Origin: Candidatus Bathyarchaeota archaeon
Lineage (GTDB): Archaea; Thermoproteota; Bathyarchaeia; Bathyarchaeales; Bathycorpusculaceae
Length of the DNA stretch: 64,000 nt
NCBI GenBank assembly: GCA_963775685.1
Contig: CAVZJV010000014.1
Location: 640,001 to 704,000 of the forward strand
Direction of reading: 5' to 3'
Shown here: one piece after another, positions 56,901-64,000 of the stretch
Position numbering within the stretch: position 1 is the first letter of the stretch
Layout: every line of letters starts with the position of its first letter
Translations under genes and position numbers: made by a program
The notes under the pieces: model-generated
Told to the model about the DNA's origin: nothing
The model's database searches: none
What the model saw: the letters and a program-made list of their open reading frames with translations, nothing else

Positions 56901-56976
56901 CCGAGGTCAACATCGGCTGAATTGGTTCCACTGTGTTATTGCTTGAAGTGACACCGTTTTGCAGTGCTTTCGCCAT
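53944..56976 (-). CDS. mgtA: Magnesium-translocating P-type ATPase
   Basis: TGES, AVGLTPELLP, DKTGTLT, GDGINDAP, SSNFGNMFS, QILLNNLLYD. Confidence 0.93.
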   Translation of the reverse strand: MAKALQNGVTSSNNTVEPIQPMLTSEDMVSLSIEELMARLKSSPQGLSSEQAAEHIEVYGRNELAREHKHSAIKEFLLHFKSPLVIILLVAGTISGILGQIANTAIILTIIFISVILDYYQESKAEKAAQLLKQKVTTTATVLRDHVKQEIKFPDIVPGDIIYLSAGDIAPADSRVVNAKDLFVNQSSLTGESFPVEKTAGAVKGNEGSIVEWNNFCFMGTSVVSGSATAIVVKTGSATEYGKIAKKLIEKAPETEFERGIRSFGFLIMQVTFLLVIFVFLIISLRNPTTDGVVTALLFAVALAVGLTPELLPMIITINLSRGAMAMSKKGVIVKRLASIENFGSMNVLCTDKTGTLTENRIKLILNVDLEGTEDEKVFLYSFLNSNFQTGLKSPLDEAILKHKEIETSKYQKIDEVPFDFIRRRVSVVVENEGQRFFIAKGAPEEIFKVCSYYELARIVADLSEETRKKIEQKYHDYSAEGLRVLGIAYKRLKEDKAVYSINDENDMVFLGFVAFLDPPKETAKQSLQMLSKAGIELKVLTGDNELVTRKVCDELGFELKGVALGTDIANMSDEALTAVVEESNVFCRVNPIQKDRIITLLKRNGHVVGYMGDGINDAPSLKTSDVGVSVDNAVDVARESADIILSRNDLTVLAEGVLEGRKTFGNTMKYIMLGVSSNFGNMFSVAGASIFLPPGFLPMLPVQILLNNLLYDMSQSTITTDKVDDEYVERPKRWDLAFIRRFMVSLGPVSSLFDFLTFFMMLLVFIPLIPLSTISLHDKHLFQTAWFIESLCSQILVVFVIRTRRAPFWKSKPSKYLTISSLVILVFALTLPFTPLGEVFGFVAPPPLFYVALVILLSSYLALAEIVKNWFYKRNAYRIEQILVPKRTYYVTKTAKLMQDMIATVSLRVDDEFTIESLTDDLNSAITYPINSNQMARNLQYLRRSGLISVDWNKRTIKREKSLDEYVKKSIIGGPMWPTISEEWRKINKILLNKHGEVNTEYQQLLPKQ

Positions 56977-57285
56977 AAACCTCGCCCCCCCTTAAAACGT
57001 ACAATAGAATACATTGCCCTTAAAGGGGTTTCTCAGCTTTGCAACGTAGAGTTCCCTGAAACCACAACTTCCTTTATTTTTGTGGTATGCCATGTTTGCT
57101 TTTTTCGATAGCAGTCCATGCAATAGCCATTATCTTAATGTTTTCAAGACGACCCTGCATACTCACCAAGCCCCTTGGCTAACACTGTAACGTTGCCGAT
57201 GGGTTTTCCGCATTTCTTGCGTCTTACATGTTGAGTGTTACTCATTTCGCCTCAAAAAATTAAAGTTACACATCTTATAAACTGG

Positions 57286-58041
57286 CTACTTCCATTTAGT
57301 CAGGATTTCTTCTCGCTGGAAAGTAACTTTGCTTAAGTAAAATAGGGCGACTGTTGCAACGGCCAATGCTGCAGAGGTAATTAAGGCAAGAAGCTCTTTT
57401 GATATTATAGTGTTTCCTGTTGATGCGAAAACTACCAGCAAAATCAACGGAAGAACAACAATGCTGCCAAGTTGCTGGGCTGCTCTTACGTCATTGACTC
57501 TTGAGGATATGATTACGTTGGCTTCAACGCTTAAGACGCATACCAGCGGTGCCATAACGCCAATTATTATTACCCAGTAAACATTGGGAATTAGAAACGT
57601 ACTCAACGCGATATAAGACCAGCCATCTATAAGAGCTGCAAATATTGCTATGCCCAGATACGTTACACCCATGCATGGAATAAATGCTGCTAAGCTTTTA
57701 CCTAAGAGTAACTCGCCGTCTGTTGTAGGAGTAGCTAAAAGAGGTTCCAGGCTATGTTCAATTTTTTCACCTACAAAACTGTACGACCCAATTATTGAGG
57801 CTAGAGCTGCAGGTATGATTACAAAATATGTTGAGCCTAAATTCGTTATTGTCTGGGCGGCCTCTATTAATTGCGGTTTGGTAAGTGCTGCTGCTTCAGC
57901 TTCTAGAGAAAATATGAAAATTATAGGCAACACCAGTCCGAGGATTAAAGGCAATGCAACTAGTGAATAGAGGATATACCTGTTTTTCTTAAAGACACTA
58001 AGGTCTTTTTTCGTTACAATCCATGACTTCCAAATTCTCAT
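57286..58041 (-). CDS. ABC-2 type permease
   Basis: SFVGEKIEHSLEPLLATP...LLGK; multiple TMs. Confidence 0.9.
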   Translation of the reverse strand: MRIWKSWIVTKKDLSVFKKNRYILYSLVALPLILGLVLPIIFIFSLEAEAAALTKPQLIEAAQTITNLGSTYFVIIPAALASIIGSYSFVGEKIEHSLEPLLATPTTDGELLLGKSLAAFIPCMGVTYLGIAIFAALIDGWSYIALSTFLIPNVYWVIIIGVMAPLVCVLSVEANVIISSRVNDVRAAQQLGSIVVLPLILLVVFASTGNTIISKELLALITSAALAVATVALFYLSKVTFQREEILTKWK

Positions 58042-58967
58042 TAAGCAGAAGCCTCCCGGATAAGTTTTAAATAAACATCCTCAAGTGTCGAACGCAATTC
58101 TGTAACATATTGGATGTTGCCCCCTGCTCCTACAATTGCCCTCACAACTTCAGGGTTATCTTTTTCAGGGTTATCTATGTCAAGAATCAACTTGCTGTCA
58201 CTGATTCGTATATTTTTAACGGCGTTTATTTTTTCCAAGGCGGAAGTAATCGCGCCGTTTACATTTTCCAAATGAACAATAGTTTTTCTATTATAAAGGC
58301 TGCGCTCCAAGTTTTTTGGCGAATCAACCACAATTAACTTACTCTTCAGGATGGCGATTCGATCGCAAAGCCGTTCTGCCTCACCTAAATTATGAGTGTT
58401 AATGAATATAGTTCGCTTCTCTTTTTTAAGTTCTAAAACGAAATCTCTCACCGTTTTAGCAGATTCGGGGTCAAGGTTCGCTGTCGGCTCATCCAAGAAC
58501 AGTAACTGTGGGTCGTGGATTAAGGAGCGGGCTATAGCTAGTTTTTGTTTCATGCCCTTGCTAAATGTGCCTGCGAAGTCTTCTCGTCGATCCCAAATTC
58601 CCAGCAACCTTAAGAGGTGTTCAATATTTTCTCTTCGCTTCTGCTCGGGGACTTCATATAGCTGCCCATAAAAATCCAAGTTTCTGTAAGCGCTTAAGCT
58701 GTCGTATAACCCAACGTTTTCTGGGAGGAAGCCGACCATTTTTCGTATTTTTAGGCAGTCTGCTTGTTTATCTATGCTGCAGTTTCCTATTTTGGCGTCG
58801 CCGCTGGTTTTTCTTATAAGGCAACAGAGCATGCGTATGGTAGTGGTTTTGCCTGCTCCGTTGGGACCCAGAAACCCGAAGACTTCGCCGTCTTCAACAT
58901 GTAGAGAAACACTATCTACAGCTGTTAGGTTACCGAATTTCCGAGTTAGATCATTTGTGTCAATCAT
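58041..58967 (-). CDS. ABC transporter ATP-binding protein
   Basis: GPNGAGKTT, FSKGMKQK, LFLDEPT. Confidence 0.95.
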   Translation of the reverse strand: MIDTNDLTRKFGNLTAVDSVSLHVEDGEVFGFLGPNGAGKTTTIRMLCCLIRKTSGDAKIGNCSIDKQADCLKIRKMVGFLPENVGLYDSLSAYRNLDFYGQLYEVPEQKRRENIEHLLRLLGIWDRREDFAGTFSKGMKQKLAIARSLIHDPQLLFLDEPTANLDPESAKTVRDFVLELKKEKRTIFINTHNLGEAERLCDRIAILKSKLIVVDSPKNLERSLYNRKTIVHLENVNGAITSALEKINAVKNIRISDSKLILDIDNPEKDNPEVVRAIVGAGGNIQYVTELRSTLEDVYLKLIREASA

Positions 58968-58996
58968 GCCATTGGAATCCTCGAGTGCTAAAGGGT

Positions 58997-59359
58997 TTAG
59001 GCTTTTTCATATTTAGATTCTTCTATCCGCTGTTGCTCTAACTTTTCATCGGTCAGCACGCTCTCAGACGACTGCGGCTTCTTCTCTTCAAGTGGCCATG
59101 TAATTGAATCTTTCAGATAAGTTTTCATGAAGCTTATTTTGCCGCAAGCAGGGCACTTGAGCTGTTTAAAGGGCCCTATGTGGAGCATTAAAATGCTACG
59201 TGAGGCGTCGAATACAGCGGGGCATTTTGAGCATTTTGCATGCATTCCGCCGCTCTTCATTATATAAAAGCGAAAAGTCACCGAGATGACTAAAGCCTCG
59301 ATAACTATAACAATTCCTACGTGGGGGTTTCCCAGAGCATCATTGATTATTTGTGTCAT
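58997..59359 (-). CDS. Zinc-ribbon protein with N-terminal TM
   Basis: CSKC...HIGP...KCPACGK...ITWP...RIEESKYE. Confidence 0.75.
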   Translation of the reverse strand: MTQIINDALGNPHVGIVIVIEALVISVTFRFYIMKSGGMHAKCSKCPAVFDASRSILMLHIGPFKQLKCPACGKISFMKTYLKDSITWPLEEKKPQSSESVLTDEKLEQQRIEESKYEKA

Positions 59360-59448
59360 TATATGAACCCTGTTCTATACTATTACGAATCATCTCAAGC
59401 TACGCGCTAATGCAGATTTCTTTAAGAAAAACCGTTCTTTTGAATAAA

Positions 59449-59715
59449 TTAGGTTTTCTCGTATTTGGAATCTTCTATGCGCTTCTTCTCTAGTTCTTCA
59501 TCATTTAATTCTGGTGTGGCAACCTGCTGCTGTTTTGCCTCTTCCGGAGGCCAAGTAATTGGGCCTTTCACTGAGGAGTAGACGTTGAGCCAGCTTCTTT
59601 TTCCGCAGGCAGGGCATTTAACGTAATGTAGGGGACCTATATGCGGTGCCAAGGCTGCTCCGCCAAGACCTTGTTCGAAAACATTGCCACATTTCTTACA
59701 TTTTACCCTTGTCAT
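59449..59715 (-). CDS. Zinc-ribbon protein, paralog of 58997-59359
   Basis: CKKC...HIGP...KCPACGK...ITWP...RIEDSKYE. Confidence 0.78.
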   Translation of the reverse strand: MTRVKCKKCGNVFEQGLGGAALAPHIGPLHYVKCPACGKRSWLNVYSSVKGPITWPPEEAKQQQVATPELNDEELEKKRIEDSKYEKT

Positions 59716-59847
59716 ACTGATCGCTGCTTAACTAAGTATTTTTATGTTAAAAACCTTCCCAAAGAAACTAAATTAACCTTGAATATTACCCAAAATTTGT
59801 TGGGTCGTTTACTAATCTTTTTTAGATACACCAGTTTGATTTTATTT

Positions 59848-61089
59848 ATGACTACTGCCATGTTTTGGCGAAAGGACATACTTCCAAACGGTTTAAGAAC
59901 CTTATTTTTCCCAAGACAACATGCAAATATGACGCAGTTATCCGTCGCCGTTGAGTTTGGGTCAAACCAAGAACCTCCAGAAAACGCTGGAGTCGCCCAT
60001 TTCCTTGAGCATATGATTGCTGGAGGTTCAACAAAACGTATACAACTATCCCGGAGCATAGAAAATTCAGGCGGAATTTTAGACCTATATACTGACCATG
60101 AGCACATGATGAGCACGATGAATTTTCTGCCTGAAGAATTGGCAAATGCTGTTTGTATAATACCAGAATTGCTCTTCAACTTTGATTTTGAGGAAGAAAA
60201 ATTCAATCAAGAACGCAAAGTAATCCTCAATGAGTTAGCCGAAGCGTTGGACGACCCATGTGAGAGAATTGAAGATTTGCTTCTCAAGAGCTTGTTTAAA
60301 GACCATCCAGTAAAACGCCCAGTTGGAGGGTTTCCGAAAACTGTCAAGCGGTTAACTCTAAGCCAGTTGAGTGACGCACATAAAATAAATTATGTTCCAG
60401 AGAACATGATTTTGATTTTAACGGGCAGTTTCTCCAAAGAATCGATTGGTAAAGTTCTTAAAAAGTTCGCAGATAGAAGTACTTCAGGGATATTTTCAAA
60501 AAAGAATTATCCTCTTAAAGCAGGTAAACAAAAACAGCAGGTTGTTAAAAAAAAGGCTGGAATTGCCCAAACTTATCTAAGTATTGGTGCAAGAACAGTT
60601 TGTTCTACCAATAAGGATGCAGCTGCACTAGATGTGATGAGTGCAGTTCTTAGTGGAGGGACAAGCTCAAGGCTATTCATCGAGCTTAGGGAAAACTATG
60701 CTTTGACCTACGACGTCAACTCGGACCACAACAAGGGAAAAGATTTTGGCTATTTTAACGTTAACTGTGCAGTGAAAGACAAAAATCTAGCTAAAGCTAA
60801 AAGCATAATTCTTAAGGAATTGACGACTCTGAGAACGCAAAAGGTATCCGATGATGAGCTTGAACGATGCAAAAACCTCATAATTGGAGGTATTCTAAGA
60901 GGCATGGATAATCCTCAGGAAGCCATAGAAATCATTGCATACTTGGAGATGCAGTATAAGAATGAACATGCGCTTTTGGATTACATAGCTAAAGTTAAAG
61001 CTGTATCAAATGAGAATATAATGGATACCGCCAACACTTACCTTCAAGAAGACACACTTTCAACGATAATTCTTCAACCAACAAAATAA
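59848..61089 (+). CDS. M16 (pitrilysin-like) zinc peptidase
   Basis: LPNGL, GVAHFLEHM, SSRLFIELRE...LTY. Confidence 0.92.
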   Translation: MTTAMFWRKDILPNGLRTLFFPRQHANMTQLSVAVEFGSNQEPPENAGVAHFLEHMIAGGSTKRIQLSRSIENSGGILDLYTDHEHMMSTMNFLPEELANAVCIIPELLFNFDFEEEKFNQERKVILNELAEALDDPCERIEDLLLKSLFKDHPVKRPVGGFPKTVKRLTLSQLSDAHKINYVPENMILILTGSFSKESIGKVLKKFADRSTSGIFSKKNYPLKAGKQKQQVVKKKAGIAQTYLSIGARTVCSTNKDAAALDVMSAVLSGGTSSRLFIELRENYALTYDVNSDHNKGKDFGYFNVNCAVKDKNLAKAKSIILKELTTLRTQKVSDDELERCKNLIIGGILRGMDNPQEAIEIIAYLEMQYKNEHALLDYIAKVKAVSNENIMDTANTYLQEDTLSTIILQPTK

Positions 61090-61462
61090 CAGTCACATAC
61101 GAATTTTTGAGAAGCGATTTGTAATGCCGTTTGGCAGATTACCAACTCTATAAGTGGACACCAAGATACCGCATTTGAGAACCTTAAGCTCTAAAGAGCA
61201 TAACTGGAAAACAGAGCCTGAATCGGCTGCTGGTTTATCTACCCACGACTTGATGTTGCTTGGCAAATTAGTACTTATTGATAGAAGCAAGAATTTGTAG
61301 GTGCATCCAACCAACCACAAAATGGATTTTTCATGAAATAATCTCTGCTATACAAGTTCCAGATTGATTAAATGCATAGAAAAAATGTAAAATTCTGTTG
61401 TTCACATTTGTGACCACAAGTTTTCAAATAGTATTGATGCACATATTTTACAAGTTGATTAT

Positions 61463-61609
61463 TTGATTTCCTGCAATAGAGTTAATTGTCCAAAATGTGG
61501 AAAAGAGTTGTCTCAACCTGACAAAAAACTAGAGAACACTGTTTTCTATGTGGCACTTTTTACCTGTAATTCATGCGGTACTACCTTCAAATTTTCTACA
61601 GAATTTTAA
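61463..61609 (+). CDS. 48-aa zinc-ribbon microprotein
   Basis: Hand translation VNCPKCGKELSQPDKKLEN...FTCNSCGTTFK. Confidence 0.6.
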   Translation: MISCNRVNCPKCGKELSQPDKKLENTVFYVALFTCNSCGTTFKFSTEF

Positions 61610-61659
61610 TTGCCGTCATGTATTTTTATTTATTTTCTAGTGCATTTTAGTGAGCTTTC

Positions 61660-61942
61660 AGCACAATCTTAGCCCACAGTCATTTAATCATGAGCTTCTT
61701 TTTGGCAGTTGCCCACTGCAATTTTAGGCATGGACACTGATTCAATCTTTAGTGCCACCGATATGTCGGGTAAGCACCCGGAGTTAACAAACGGGGCATT
61801 AAGCATTCCAGTTGTGATGGAAGTGATGGGCAAAGGAGAACTCGCAAGCTTTAGAGCTAAAACCTACATGATGCTTGAAGAGGGAAAAGCCTATTCGCGT
61901 CTATGGAAGGCACGCTTGGCATTACTCCATGTTCCCTATTAG
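61660..61942 (+). pseudogene. Fragment of a family B DNA polymerase (motif C region)
   Basis: STILAHSHLIMS then ILGMDTDSIF...FRAKTY. Confidence 0.6.
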
Positions 61943-62649
61943 TAGAGATAGCGGTTTCACCGTTGCACCTTAAAAACCGAAAATATTCACCAAAAAAACC
62001 CAAAGGGCTACTTAGATAAATGGTGGGAGGCTTTATGTCACTGATTTCTACTTTCTAGCCTTTATCAGATATGTCCCTAAAAATAAAAGAAACGCACCTA
62101 TTATTAGAGAGAAAAGAATAATTGGTTCAAAAATTTGCTAAAAAAAGAACCAGCGAAAAGAAACGAACCCACCTACGGGATCGACGTCAATGGTGGTTTC
62201 GATATTTATTACTAACAGCGACACGCCAAGAAGGATTAAAACTAATCCACCAGCCACTGAGGGTAATAGCCCATTTATTTCTAACTCTCAGCCCGAGTAT
62301 CACTCCTAGAGCAATAAGAAACACCCCAACCATCAAAATAAGAAAAGAAACTCTGCGACAAAAACGCCTGAAAATTATACCAACCTATCCCATATTTCAT
62401 TTGCGTTATATTAATGATCAAACCAATTTGAGTAATTTCCACCGTTGATATCTAACTCAAATATGAATATGATTACTCCAAGAAGGATTAAAATGAAACC
62501 CACAGCTATTGGGGGATAACCCCATTTGTTTTCTAACCTGCTTATCCATGGATTCACTTTAGCCTTGTTTGGATTTAATCTTGTCTTTATGAAAAATAAA
62601 AATAAAGAACAAATTATGATTGTGTGTTTATTTTCACTTGTCCCAGAGG

Positions 62650-62677
62650 GTTCTGATTAGAGCTTCTCAGCTCCGTC
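62650..62677 (-). repeat. 5' half copy of the structured repeat
   Basis: Minus strand GACGGAGCTGAGAAGCTCTAATCAGAAC versus B GACGAGGGCTGAGAAGGCTCTGG and D GGGCTGAGAAGGCTCTGATCAAAC. Confidence 0.5.
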
Positions 62678-62733
62678 ATTTCCTTTTTGATCTAAACTAA
62701 CTGTAGGTGCAATTTTGCGGTTAACTCAGAATT

Positions 62734-63803
62734 CTAGGCTTTTTCAGATTTCAACTCATCACTTGTCTTAGTCAAAAGCTCCATAGGCGAATCCGTATTC
62801 CGCTTCTCTATATCCTTCATATCACGCATCTGATCTCGCATAGTCTCAATGTCTTTTCTTGCCTGATTGCCATGGTTAACCGTTAGAAACTGAAACGCTT
62901 TGTTACAAGCATCAATAATAGTCGTTTGGCTAATAGCATACTTTTCTTTCGCACCGCTTCGCATGTGCCCAAAAAGGGTATCCTTGATTTCATGAGTTAA
63001 GTTAGCCCTCAAAAGCGCATCGTTGTAAGCATCACTCAAGCTCTTGGTTTTGAACTTCTCGGTGTCCTCTTTGCCATAGGTTTTTTCAACCATCGTCTTA
63101 ATGGCATCGTTGATAAACCGAGTTGTCAACCTTTGACCTTTCTGGCTAACAAACAAAGTACCTGAAGTTGAGTTTCTCCTCTCATCAAGCATAGCTTTAA
63201 TGTCATGCACACACTCTTCACTTATGCAGATTCTTTGCAGAACGTTGGTTTTTTCTCTGTGAAGCGTTATGGGATAGTGACCCTCACTTTCTCTTATTTT
63301 GGGTAAATCCTCAATGCTTAAGTCTGAAACAGTGGTTTCGCTAAAACCACTCTGACAAGGCAAAGCAAAAGCGCTCTATCTCTTACATCTCCATACCTGA
63401 TAAATTTGCTTTATCTGTTGATTGTCAGGAATCCATCCCTAACTACTTTGTCCTGTGCTCTCTTTTCAACCCTTAACTCTTTGCGTTTGAACCTTAACGG
63501 CACTCGACGAGCAGAAAAGAAACGGGTAACAGAGATAATATAGCTCATAACTGAATTTGCCTTCAAACCCTGAGTAACTAAAGCATCCTTGTAATCAATG
63601 GTTTTTTCCTCAAAGAACCCGCGTTCTTTTGGGTTGCTCGACTGCAAATCTTTAAAGCGTCTGTGAATCTGTTCGCTTGGATTCATGTTTATGAAAACCA
63701 ACCATCTGGAGCAGCGTTCTTTGTAGTATTGGGCTGTTCTTTCTGCAACCTTGCCAAGCCATTCAATAGTGTAAGGATCGTTTGTCCAGTCATCCGCAGC
63801 CAT
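62734..63803 (-). pseudogene. Tyrosine recombinase family protein (two frameshifts, atypical catalytic motifs)
   Basis: Core-binding-like N-terminus (ANSVMSYIISVTRFF); QSGFSE, REKT, KSLSDAY, LFGHM, KEKY. Confidence 0.8.
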
Positions 63804-64000
63804 GCTCAAGCACTTTCTAAAATTATGCCACATATCTTAAAGAATTTTGCACTGTTGAATCTTGGGTTATCTTCTTGGAACCTTTTAGCCAAGTCTTGCG
63901 CTAGCTGATATTTACTTTCTGAATCCGTAGTTCTTATTAAATCCGCTACGGCTTGGAAATGCTATTTAGAAAATATTAAGGCACCTCCAAGCACGCTGTA

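Overview
Archaeal genomic DNA, most consistent with Bathyarchaeia. This is inferred from gene content: a bzd-type benzoyl-CoA reductase module, an HdrA-MvhD fusion, expanded PQQ-like beta-propeller surface proteins and many small Zn-finger ORFs. The flanks (1-6 kb and about 38.6-61 kb) are intact housekeeping and redox genes. Between them lies a roughly 32-kb accessory island. It starts at an intact tyrosine recombinase (6161) and is bracketed by a 17-bp direct repeat (6087 and 38236). The island carries four paralogous secreted beta-propeller genes, DUF72 genes, a RelA/SpoT-type synthetase, two decayed recombinases and a plasmid/virus-like module. The most striking unexplained signal is a ~100-nt structured non-coding element. 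It has covarying stems and a conserved TTGCATTT loop, and four copies bracket two of the propeller genes. A half copy lies just downstream of a fourth recombinase at the right end of the window. Many island genes carry single-base frameshifts that are probably long-read errors, so 'pseudogene' calls are provisional. No rRNA, complete tRNA or CRISPR array was seen.
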